Source: the human T2T-CHM13v2.0 reference genome, Homo sapiens. From it: a stretch of 64,000 nt of DNA. The notes beneath the pieces were generated by a model. The model had not been told where the DNA came from. It did no database searches and worked only from the letters and a program-made list of their open reading frames with translations. Made by a program: the position numbers and the translations under genes. The stretch lies in NCBI RefSeq assembly GCF_009914755.1, contig NC_060926.1; one strand, given 5' to 3'. Below are positions 50,972 through 64,000 of the stretch, in pieces; the first letter of the stretch is position 1, and each line of letters starts with the position of its first letter.

Positions 50972-53729
50972 ATGTCTAGCTTTTTTTTTTTTTTCCTCTA
51001 GGAGAGTATTTTATTAAGTAGAGTGGTATTATTTAATGAATCTTCTGGATTTCCAAGAAAAACACTAATTTTAAAACATTTCATGGTCTACATTTTAACT
51101 CTGGTATTGAATAATAGCTACTGAATTATTGCCCTTGTTGGTACACTACATTTCTAACATAATCACAACCAAATTTATTTCTGGGTAGTATCGCATCAGG
51201 AACAAATCCACATATTACTGAAAGTTATTAAAAATTGATTTCGTAAAAACCATATTTTGTTTTTGATTTTGTGTTTTTTAAGGGACACCATCTTATTTCT
51301 ATAATTTTATAAACATTCCTGAAACAAAAGTAAGTTTGCCACAAATTGTTTATTATAATGATCTCTGGATGTATGCCTCAGAATTAAGGTTAATGGATTA
51401 ATAGAGCAAGAAGCTGCAGATTTAATTGAAACCAGCAGGAGAAAATACTCAGTATGCATATACATGTAATTGAGATTAATAAGTCACTTGAGTGGCTAGA
51501 TAAATGTGTATTTGACAATAGAAAGAAAAACAATGAAACAAACACAACATTTATTTTTTAACTCAAAACGATAGGCTGAGAGATACAGGACATGAAGAAT
51601 TATGAAATTACTCTTGCAGAAAATCTTTTAAAGCAATTCTCTTAATTTGCTATAGTTACAAGTTGCAGTTTATGACTGTAAAGTCAAGTTTAGCATTTAC
51701 GAAGATAAATCAGCCTTTATCTTGAAGGAATTCTGTCAAAATAACAGTATAACAATTATTTGGTTCCACTTAAAAGAAATCTTGATCCACCCTTACGAAT
51801 ATATAAATGCAGCTAACACTTCATTTTTTCCAATCACAGATGGGAAATACCCATCACAGAAAAAAACAGCCTAATGGTAGTCATCCATTCACTCAAATAG
51901 AAATAAAATGTATTTTAAGCAAGCCTAGTACATGAAAATCCAAGTATATGGTGAAATGCCCATTGAAAAATATATTTTTCATTTTATAGAATAACACATC
52001 AAAGATTTTTTTTTCAAATAGTGAGTTTGCCTGGTAAATGTAAAATAAGTTGTAACTATACAAATTTTATTTCATGTATAAAACTTTTAGAAGCAGCTAT
52101 TATTTGAAATAGGCACTCTGATGATAGAAATATATTATTTAAGGTGAGCTAGAACCATCCAGGTAAATAATCTACAAATATCTCTTTCTATAGAAAATCA
52201 TAAGGTGATCTTTTCAGCTCTTCTAAAATGACTAGATCTCATACCTTTAAAAACATATACCCTAAATTTACGCTTATCTAAAAATGTAATCCCGCCATAA
52301 AACTTTTCATTAAAAATAATATTTTTATTACAACTAGCAATCCAAAATGACAGCTATATCTCTGTAACTGTTTTCAGTTAAGGCCCTAAAAATCAATGGG
52401 ATTGTTTTTGGTACATTTTAATCTAGTTTCAGCATTGTCAGGTAAGTTGGAAATGTTTGTTATGATGTTGTCTAACCTACTATGATTGATAGGCTATTTT
52501 TTGCTGATTGAATCCCTATGATGGGAGCAAGCATTTTATAATGATTAAAAAACAAAACAAAACAAAATACTCCACAAAAATACGGAGCACCTTAGCAAAA
52601 CTTAATTGAGATTCAAGGTCTCTTGATACTCAAATTTGATTAATCTCATCAACAAGGAAGTGATGTAATTTTTATGTACTGCAGAAACAGAATGCAAAAT
52701 GGGGCATATTGATCTAAGTTAAGATGGAAAATTCCACAATTCAGTGTCCTCATGTAGAACATAAAGCAGTATGCAATAATTTGAGCAGTAATAAACTAGT
52801 CTGTAGATATTCTAAATTTATTTTAATGAGCAAATTATAAGCTCTCCACAAAACATTCTGTGTAATCATCTATGATCTATAATATAGTCCTAAGTCAGCT
52901 TAGCACCAATGATAGAAATTCTTTCTTTCTCTCTCACATGCTCTTTCTCTGCATATATATTAAACATATGTATTACTTTCATATGGATATTTATGATAAA
53001 GGTTGTTATGGGTAGGAAATTCTATGGGTAGATATTCTATGAACAAATGCTTTGTAAATTATGCAATGCATTATTGATATGTTAATCATTATAGTAAGGA
53101 GGTATCAACCAATAGAGACAGTCAGTTTACATATTCTCCTATTTTTATGGATAGAAATAAATAACTCAAGTCTGTTCCCTATAATTTATGCTCTCTATCT
53201 TGGCAAGTTTTGTTTCCCCAACACTAACCTGAACTTATAGATGGTTCTATCACAAACAATCTACCAGGCATCAGTCTCCCATTCCACTTTCCCACCTCAT
53301 TATTTCAGTTACTACCCATAAAGTCATAGAATTGTAGAACTGGGACATACATAAAAAGTCATTTAGTCCAACACACTCATTGTTTATATGTGTGTTGAGA
53401 AAATAGACTCAAGGATCTAAGTGACTTTTCAAAACCACACAGATATTTACCATGAACACTTTGACTAGGACCTAGATTTGATGCTTTTGTCTAGTGCTTT
53501 TTCATTCAATCATCTTATAATCCAGCCTCTCTTATCCTGTGTTTCCATACTCAACTGCTTCAGCATTGGAATTCTATATTTCCTGCTTCACTCTGGCAAA
53601 TTTCCTTCACCTGTTCAACTTCCCTAACTGTCCAATATCCTGGGAAAAATACAAGAACTACACCAGAAATATTTTCCATCATTATTTCAAAGAAAGGTCT
53701 AAAAGGTTAATAGCATATATATGAGGAAG

Positions 53730-53965
53730 GAAACTGTTTATTGAGCACATGCTAGATGCCAGGCACAGTCTAGGTGCTTTCACATTACCTCATGTGACCT
53801 TCACAACAACTCTGCACGAAGGGTATTATTACACTCATTTCAATAATAGAAAACAAAGATTCAGATTGTTTATCAGAATTGTCCAGAGGCCATATCACTA
53901 GTAAGCACTAGGCAACTAAGGTCAAACTCAATTCCACTCCACTGCAAAGTCTGTGCTCTTTTGCA
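53730..53965 (-). mobile_element. MIR
   Basis: tttattgagcac...tgccaggcacagt...ggtattattacactcatttc pattern. Confidence 0.65.
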
Positions 53966-55080
53966 AAATCATGCTACTTGAAGCAGCCTTTTTGGGTAGT
54001 TATCAACCAGTGGGTTATTTATTGAGTGACTAGCATGTAAACACTGAGAGAGGCAACAGAAAAATGGGACACGGCCTTTGCCAAAGATGAAGAAAATCTC
54101 AAGAATATGGTGGGTGTTCTACTGAGTCAAATAATGCAGATAATTTGAGGTCACTTATTAGGGCACACAATTATCCAATTGTCCACCAGCATTTCCTTTC
54201 CCCCTTCTGTTGGCAATTGCTCCTTCACGCATGATTCCTCAGGACTGCCATGTTTTCAACATGATCCCACCCTCTGCCAAGGCTGATTAAATCAGAGGTG
54301 AGCATGTGACCTAAATTATGCCTAAGTTCTACCAGGAGAGTCTTTGGAATGAGACTCAAAAGGAGATTCATGCTTTTCAGTGTAGAGGTTGTAGGATGGA
54401 AAATCAGTGAGCTCTTGCTGAACATTTGCTGACCTAAAGACAAATGATGCAGTGAACTTGTGGGCCATATCTAAGCCCTTGATGAAAACTGTTCCTAAAG
54501 TCAGACTGCAATACTGCCCTTTACTTAGTTTGTTAGTCTACCTTTTCCCTCCATTCCAGTTTCCCCACTACCCCTTGCCCCAAGTTTGTTTTAGTACAGA
54601 GAAAGCTCTTGATTAATAATATATGTAAACCCTTTTCTTACTTGTTCACCCATTTTGATTAGCACACATAGACACAGATGAATGCTCAGTAATTTGAACC
54701 AGAGGTATGGCTAAATCACAAATGCAAATTTAGCAACTATTTTTTTTCTTGTATGATTATCACTGAAGCTTTTTATTAGGTAGTTAACTTGAAACAATGA
54801 TGTTCTTTTTTTCATATACATCAATCTTTGGGTCATCCCTTCAATGGACATGATTGTTTTAGAGGCTGTGTGGGTTAAAACCACATGATTGTGGAGCCAG
54901 TATTAGATCTCCTGGTTTATCTGGACCCACATTTCCAGCAAGAACAACTGTAAAGATTTTGAGACGTTTACAACTGGTAAGACACCATGATCAATCAGCA
55001 CAGACATTGGCCTAAACAATCAGCATTCATACCAGTTGAGTTTTAGGCTGTATCTCTGAGATTCCCTGTAATATTCCTTA

Positions 55081-55512
<432 letters not shown>

Positions 55513-56803
55513 TTACATTATTTAACAAAATTGATGCTTATATTTGAAAATAGAAGTTCATATTACTTAAGAAACTTGAGAAGACAATCCCATTAAATAT
55601 TTTCAGAAAATGTTAATTAAAATGTCATATAGATCGACTTTTTTCTCTTTTGAATACAGAAAATAAGCACTTTGAATTTAATATTTTGCTTTTAAAATGA
55701 CTAGGTTATGATTGATTAAAGTGCTGTATTCTCTTTGTCAAAACAGAATTTTAAATAAACATTACACAACTATTAAAATTTTAAATAATTATTGTTTCTT
55801 CTGAAAGTACCTTTTTAAAAACATTGTCTAAAGTTGTGATCCCTTATGTGTGTGATAACATTTATGAACTATTCTCTCCTCTCATAGTTTCCATATCAAC
55901 ATTAATCTTGCACACAGTGAGAACGTAGTATGCCTTTCTTTTTAGTATAAATTCAGACTCAAATCTACTTTTGTGGTTTGTACATATCTTTTAGAATTTT
56001 AGCATCATGTATTTAAAATATTGCTTGAAATTTTAATGGATGAGGCCTGTTACAAAATAATTATTATGTGACTGTATATCTAATACACCAAGAAGACATG
56101 ATATAAAATGTAATTGATGTTTTCTAAAGAACATATGTTAGAATTGACATATAATTGATCTAAAAAGGGCAGTACTAATATATTCTCTCTCCAGACTTCA
56201 AGGAGTGAGGGCTGTGTGATGTATGAACAAGTTTAGTGTATAAATAGTTGCTGCCTATTCCTCTGTGTCAAAATCAACAAACATTTCTTTCCGTGGTCCT
56301 TTGGAGGAATGTAATGGTTGCTGTGTATGTAGAAGATGGAAGAGAGACCCTTTTGTAGGATCTCTCTTGCAGTGGAGGACAGGTTTTGATTTGCCCAACT
56401 CATTTAAGTGCTCCCGCAACCCCATCAACACTTCCATGCCTGAAGAACAGACTAAAGCCTGAAAGAAATGTTTCCTTATGCTTCTATATACCAAGACTTA
56501 GAAAAGGGGAAGAGTTTACTCTATTTGCATATGAGTAACATAACATAAGAATAAATCCTCATTGATATAATATCAAGTGTTGAAATATCACTCTGCAAGT
56601 AAGGTAAGGACCCAAGTCAAAAAGAAATAAGGCCAATATTAGTTTTTGTAATCAATGTGATAATGTACTCCATATATCACATTCTTAGGTCTAATATATA
56701 GTTTCGATCTGGGTAACAGACTTCAGTAATTCTATGAAAAGAAGGAATAGTTCACAAAGCACATAATCACAGAAAGTTGGCTGTTCCATGACCTGCTTCT
56801 TAC

Positions 56804-56936
56804 CTTCCATTGTGTTGGTCAGAATGCTGGCTATGCTCACGGCTCTTTGCCTTCCAGAGGAATCCTCCAGCATCTCCATTGAAATCTGGTAAGAGCTTAA
56901 CCTTCTCTTTCTGACTTCCGTTTCTGTGGTGGTGCC
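56804..56936 (-). CDS. SCN3A: SCN3A exon, DI-DII linker (133 nt)
   Basis: gcag|GGCACC...ATGGAAG|gtaaga; [23 protein letters not shown]...TNTME. Confidence 0.95.
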
Positions 56937-57909
56937 CTGCAAACCAAATACTGATGGCTCAAACCACTCTTCCCAATAAGTAATACAACACCACATAGCA
57001 TTTCTTTGGCAAATCATGCTACATGCAATTTTTCCAGGTAAGAATTTTCAAGGAATAAAATATTGAATTATTGCTAAGTTATAAACAGTTTTTTTTTTAA
57101 AAAAAAGTTATCACAGGTAGTACTCTTTAAGAGGAATTCACCAGTGGGATGCAGTTTTATAACACAATTATATTACAGAACTATTTTAATTAACCTGTCA
57201 CAATTTTCAAGGAAATTTGTTGTAAACATGCTAAAGTCATTTATTATTTTATTTCATTCAGGTGAAAATTATTTTTATCTTCTATCAATGATTAATAATC
57301 AGATCAATCTCCCCCCAATAAATATTATGATTATATAGTCTCAAGGCTGAATTATTTTCTTTGAGGCTATATTGACAATATTGACATATGTGGGCCAATT
57401 TTTTCCATGCACAAACACAGATGTACGATGAAATGTGTGTGCTTTCCTGAAATTTCTTTAATTATTTCTATATCTTATCCTATTAAAAAACAACACATTT
57501 TAGAGTCATTTTAAAATAGCACTGTAAATATTGACAGTTGTATGAAATTGCCCATTATCAACAAATTGGTTATAATATTTAATTTTAAGAATATGAATTT
57601 TCCAGAATATGAATAGATAATTATACAATTCTTGGTGAATATACATCTTATAGATTTGATGGTGAAAATGTCCATTATTTGTCTCGGTAGGTCTACCAAA
57701 TTTGCAGATATGTATTTCATAGCAGACTCTAAAAACGGGGCCCTTTTAACCTAAAGCCATGGTCCCTTACAAGTAATTCCCATACAACAAAAGCTAATGG
57801 TCCCATACAATTCAATTGATTCTCAATATTCTATTGTTTTCCCTTTGATTAATCATGTATTATTTTTACCAACTTTCATTTTGAGGAAGCAGGACGGTAT
57901 GACAGCCTA

Positions 57910-58380
<471 letters not shown>

Positions 58381-60050
58381 TTATTTAATAAATATTAATA
58401 TTAAAGGATCTGTTTTCTTTGGAGTTAGTATACTCTTGCTCTTAAACATGGATAATCAAATTTATAGAGGACACATATATTTTGATATTTTTATTAAAGC
58501 AAATTTAAGTACAAAGAGTGTTTTTCTGACTAACAATACTGATTTGCAATTTACTAAGTATACAACCACTTCATTTAGTCTTCACTTTAGGTGGATTGGG
58601 TTATCATAATGCTATAGGTTAGGGACCAGATGCTGAAAAGGATAAATGATTTCTTTTGATGGGAATGGTGGTTAAACAAATAGTAAGTAGCTTCTACTTC
58701 TTAATGCTATAATCTGAAGGGAATGTAGCCTGGAGAATAAGTTTTGGCTCAAGTGAGAATGTTAGCTCAAATTTAAAATATTTGTTTCAAATGTTGCATT
58801 GTAGCCAATATTTCACTTCAGGATAATTACTTTTTTAAAAAACTACTATTTTTCCATTCTCTTCTTTTGAATTCTGAAAGAAAAGTAGTTTACTCTTTCT
58901 CTGAAACTGTTTGTCTCTACCCACATGGGAACAGAAGTCACAAAACTTACCTACGATGTTGTCTTCCAAATTTGCTAACAGTTTCCCAAATGGCAACCAA
59001 TGATTCACCTTATTTGAGAGACTATATGTCATAGCAAACACAACACAGAGGATTCCTAAACTGCTACACAAATTACTCTTCTTGTGTAAAATATAACACT
59101 GGCTTGTAAAAGCAAGACATATAACATGACTTCACCAGCAGGTGGTGTGAAAAACAACATATACTTCTGTTTTATTTTAATTATATTAAAAAGAAAGAGA
59201 CAATTCAAAACCTTTTTCATTACAGCTATTCCCAGATAAATTAAGCAAACTATTTCCTAGTACCAGAAAATGAGGATTTAGCTTGAAGTTCCTTCTTTCA
59301 CATTTTGAAAGGATTTTAAACTAGCAACCCCAAATAATTCTGTGTGTATTCTTGTCTTGCAGATAGTTTTCAAAAACATCTCTATTCAGTCTGCAGAATA
59401 TTTGTTTTCTCCCCTCATCATGAACAATGGCATTCCTCCTTGCTCTCTCATTCCCTTTCCTACTTCTCTTCACACCCAGGGTAATATACATACATACATA
59501 TACATATACATATGTCAGCAGCAAACATTCCTGGATCTTCTCTTTCTTCTAAGCTTTAGTGTAAAACCAAATAAAATGATTTTAGTGGAAAAAACAGAAA
59601 AGGCAGACTCTGTCAAATGTATTCTTGGTTCCTCTGCCTAATTAGGTCATGCTGATTTTCTTAGGCCCCAATTTTTAGCTTTATTTTCATGGCTTTTCCC
59701 AGACTGCAAAGCACCAGAATAATCTTTGTTGTCCTCTGTCTCAGTGATATTCTGGAAGGATATTATTCACTAAGAAGTGCTCTGTTCCTTTGGATTTGGT
59801 TAGATTCTCCACAGGAACTATTGGCTGTCCAGCTTGTCCATCGGAGGCTGTGTCTATGTGACACTCAATTCCTGTAGCAGGTTTGTCTACCGAAGGGCAG
59901 ACAATAGAGTGATTTTACAGCAAAGTGATCAAGAGATTAGATCATGTGAAGACATCAATTCATCCCCCCATTAATAAAGAATGCTAATGTTTTTCATTTC
60001 CTCAGACTCCATTTAAATGATCAATATAATAACAGTTATATCCAGAACTC

Positions 60051-60051
60051 G

Positions 60052-60098
<47 letters not shown>

Positions 60099-60383
60099 TG
60101 AGGCAGAGTTTCGCTCTGTCGCCCAGGCTGGAGTGCAGTGGTACAATCTCGGCTCACTGCAATCTCCACCTCCCAAGTTCAAGCTATTCTCCTGCCTTAC
60201 CCTCCTGAGTTGGCTGGGACTAGAGGTGCCCGCCACCACACCTGGCTAAGTTTTGCATTTTTAATAGAGACAGGGTTTCACCATGATGGTCAAGCTGGCC
60301 TCGAACTCCCAACCTCAGGTGATCTGCCCGCCCTGGCCTCCCAAAGCCCTGAGATTACAGGCATGAGCCACCATGCCCAGCCC
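60051..60383 (-). mobile_element. Alu (AluS-like) with a (TTG)n/(CAA)n tail microsatellite
   Basis: Full dimer; TSD agaact(c/a)gtgtt. Confidence 0.92.
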
Positions 60384-60389
60384 AGAACT

Positions 60390-60575
60390 AGTGTTTTGAA
60401 ACATTTGAGTGTATGTGAATCACTCTGAGAGTTAAAAATATATATTTTTAGGTCCCAGATTTTGGAATATGGATTCAGGAAGTAGCAGATAGGACTCTGG
60501 AATCTGAATTTTCCTGACACATTCCAGGTGACCCTAACACAGGGTGGACCTCATCCTACACTCAGAGAAATACTA
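60390..60575. mobile_element. MER5-like hAT relic
   Basis: Degraded ...gaatcac...ggattcag...gaatctgaatttt...ccaggtga...gagaaatact pattern. Confidence 0.45.
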
Positions 60576-61779
60576 ACTTGGTCTTACATTAATCCCTAGG
60601 ATGGCTGAGTATAATCACCTCAATACACCTATGTTCTGAAACTGTCTCTGGAAACTGAAAATCGGTCTACACAGTATTGGTTGGGAGTATGTGGTACGTG
60701 TGTACATCCACTATGTATCTGGGACATGCCTTTAATTTGGATATTTTTATGTCAGGTATTTTCAAAGGCGTTCCAGATCTCTGAGTTTATTTGAAATTTC
60801 TATTCACTCTTTGGAATGTATAATAATGGGTGTGAGCGCAGCTTTCAAGGCAACAGAGACGGAAAAAGAAGATAACAGAAATAGCATTCAGAGAAAATAA
60901 ACCAAAAATAACACACTAGAAGATGCAGCAGAGTGGAGGGAATACCCACAGCTGTGGCAACACTTTCTCTAGGGAAAACCAGCTTTAATGTTTTAAGGAG
61001 TGAAAGGCCATCTTTCTTTACCTCAGGCATGTCAAAACATATTTCCCAGGTATCTTTTTCATCTTGTTCCCAGAAGATAAATGTAGACTGTTTCTTAATT
61101 TTCAGTAACAAAAGGGAAAATAGAAGAAATTAGGTCTATAAGACACAGTCATGCATGTAGGGTTTGGATTCAAAGTGGGTTGGGAAAAGTCAAGATGGAA
61201 AAAGATGCTGGGAATTTTAAGATGTTCTAGTGGGAACAAGGAAAGTGAATATTTGTCAGAAGTACTTAGCATTTTGAGGTTTCATTTTATACTTTTAAGT
61301 ATTTCTTTATTTTGTACAACTAACATTATCTGTTTAAAAATAAAATAATGTAATAAACATAAAATAACATTTGTAATTTATGTGAATAGAAGGCAGGGCA
61401 CCCACAATTTATGCCCTCTCTGCTTTGACATTTTCAGAAGATACATTTGATTTGAGCAGTATTTACTGTCTATCTTACGCTTCCTGTCCCCACCACCTTC
61501 ACTGATTCTCTTTCTACCAGATTCCTTTTTTGTTTACAGAAGCAGAAATTGTAAACCGTTTATGGTACATTTCTGCTTGTTAGTTTTGTTAATGCTCTTA
61601 GTCTGTCTTTACTGGGATATGCAAATTTAAAACTAATAGATTATTTCCTTCACTTTTGAAATTATCCATCTATCTTCTGTCTATTTACAAATATAAAATG
61701 AGCGACATCTACCACATGTATGTACTGATTCTGCTTTTAGTATTAAAACACTGGCCATCAGCTAAGCTCTCTGCTCTTG

Positions 61780-62230
61780 CCTGTCTGTGGTTCACTCAGC
61801 TCCAGCAAACCAAGTCTACCAGTTGCTTCTTAAGCACTCCAGGCATGCTACCATGTCAGGGTTTTGCACTTCCTCTTTCATCAGTTTAGAATGCTGTTCC
61901 TTAAGAGAGCCTCTTTCTTTGCCTCCTCCAAATCTTTCCCAAAATGTCTTAATAGTGAGGTCATTGTAAACCACCCTATTTAAAATTTTACCTCCAATTA
62001 TGGCTCCTGTTCCTCTTTTCCTGCTTACTTTTTTTTCCCTTAACATTTGTTACCTTCTAACACAGTCTATAACTTATTTATTTTATTCATTGTCCGTCTC
62101 CTTTGGAAAAAATTTCCATGAGGTCAGTGGATTGAGTCTCTTTTATTCTTTGAGGTATTTTCAGCATCTTGAACTATGCTTGCTACATAGTTGGCGATCA
62201 ATAAATATTTGTTGATTGGACTGAATGAAC
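61780..62230 (+). mobile_element. L2 3' end
   Basis: Ends catagttggcgatcaataaatatttgttgattggactgaatgaa. Confidence 0.7.
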
Positions 62231-63699
62231 TGATCTACAAAATTTATTTGAGCAAAATGATGAAACAATAAAGGAACTAATACTGCTATCAAATTATGTA
62301 TATACATTTGTTAGTAATTGAAACTACTCAGAAGTTTGCTTTCCCTCACTTGAAATTCATTCACCGATTTTAACTTAATAAGAGACTTACTCTTTGTCAC
62401 ACAGATTTTCTATATATTGCTTAGTCCCCTAAATCTCTTTAATGTAGGTATTCTTACTTTATTTTACAGAAATTTTACAAAGTACAAGTGACTTGACCAA
62501 CGTCACAGAACTAGTTTGGAGTTGAGATATGAACACAAAAGTTTGTGTTCACTGTAGCATCATTATGCTATAGTTTCATATACTCTTAATTCTAATAACT
62601 CCTAATAGTTTTAAGAATTCCAAAATATCAAAGGTGACTGTTTAAGAAAAAAAAATCTGATCTGAGGAACCAAGTTGCCCTTCAGAGCTTCAAGTTAATT
62701 CCAAATATGTTATACTGATTTGATAATATATTTTATATTTGTATTACACAAGATAGTAATAGTTGAATTTCTTGATATTGATGTTATCTGCAGAAAAATG
62801 GCTTTATCTTAAAACTCTTTGTGTATTCATGTCCATTTTGTTCTAATATGAGAATACAAGTTTTAAGTTATTAATATAGTCTACTTTTTTCTTTAAAAAT
62901 ATTTGTTTACATATTAAAGATAGATTATAAAACATTCACTGAGAACTTGCATATTACCTTTTCTCCCAACCAAAAGTAAATACTATGTTGAATTTTGTGT
63001 TTATTACTTCTGGTTTTTTTTAGAAGTTTCTTTCTTTATGAAAAATATATCATACCCCTTGGTTGATTTGCAGTTTTTGATTAAATTAATCTTATATATT
63101 ATCTCTCAAAGCATTATTTTTAGGGTATAATTCTGACTCAAGATTGTTATGATTAGAAGCATTTGCAATTCATAGCACATGAAATTCTAATGGTGCCAAA
63201 TAGTGTTCAAAGCCAAAATTGTACTTATCACAGATTTTGTAACTAATTATTCTTTACATCAGACATATGTAAACAATACATTAACTTACTAATCCATAAA
63301 ACTTACTAAACATCAAATAATTGAAACTAGTTTTTACTCTTTTACTTAAAACTATGCTGAAGAACCAGGTAGTTGGCATTAAATCAGAGCAAAAATAGAC
63401 TACCTTTGATGCTGTTCTCTTCAAGAACATTTAGGTCATAATTTCATTCTAATGTATCACGGCATGACCCTATGCAAGCAAAATGGAGACTCACCATAGT
63501 CCAGTTCTCTTAATCAAAGGATAAAGACAAAACCCAAAGAACACTTCTTTTCAAAATTTATATGTATGTTACGATCACAACTTTGGATAACAAAGGCAGA
63601 AACCCATTCTCAAAGAAAATAAGTTTATCTGGGGTCTCAAAATGGAAAATGTAAACAAGAGATTCCAAAACTCTCATTGAAAAGTCTGCTAGTGTAGGT

Positions 63700-63753
<54 letters not shown>

Positions 63754-63860
63754 GACACATATATACACACATATATATATACAGGTTGATATATAGGTTA
63801 TATCAATATATATTATATATATCTATATATTATATCAATATATCTATCTGTATATATAAT
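63700..63860 (+). repeat. (TA)n(TG)n compound microsatellite and TA-rich low complexity
   Basis: Direct inspection. Confidence 0.9.
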
Positions 63861-64000
63861 CAGTCTCAAAATGGTGAACATTTTATTAATGGTTTAATAA
63901 AAATCCCTTTGAAGACAATCTATTATAAGAATTTAAACAACTATATTAAATGTTAGTTCCCTGTCCCTCACTGAAGTCAGATAGTACAAAAGTGTACCAA

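Noticed and set aside
60017-60428. PolyV/polyQ ORFs and other Alu-derived ORFs (16585, 23018, 36062, 42615, 44471, 50739)
   Set aside because: Translations of Alu bodies and a (TTG)n tail.

Overview
Primate (very likely human) genomic DNA containing the 3' ~72% of the coding sequence of the voltage-gated sodium channel gene SCN3A (Nav1.3) on the minus strand. I mapped 16 coding exons from the DI-DII linker (58326) to the TAA stop (7482-7484), 4332 nt in total, about 1443 aa. They are followed by a ~2.6 kb 3' UTR with an AATAAA at 4875-4880. The introns and downstream flank hold Alu, L1, L2, MIR, DNA-transposon and LTR relics plus microsatellites. Notable points: an AT-AC intron with a U2-type donor just upstream of the IFM exon; tandem in-frame donors on the DI-DII linker exon; a strong 84-nt stop-containing cassette (probable exon 17A) among clustered UGCAUG motifs; further candidate poison or cassette exons; a twin-primed L1 that creates a chimeric 482-codon antisense ORF; and a clean switch in Alu orientation mid-gene. 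There are no prokaryotic systems. Repeat family names and boundaries are by eye, not from a database search.
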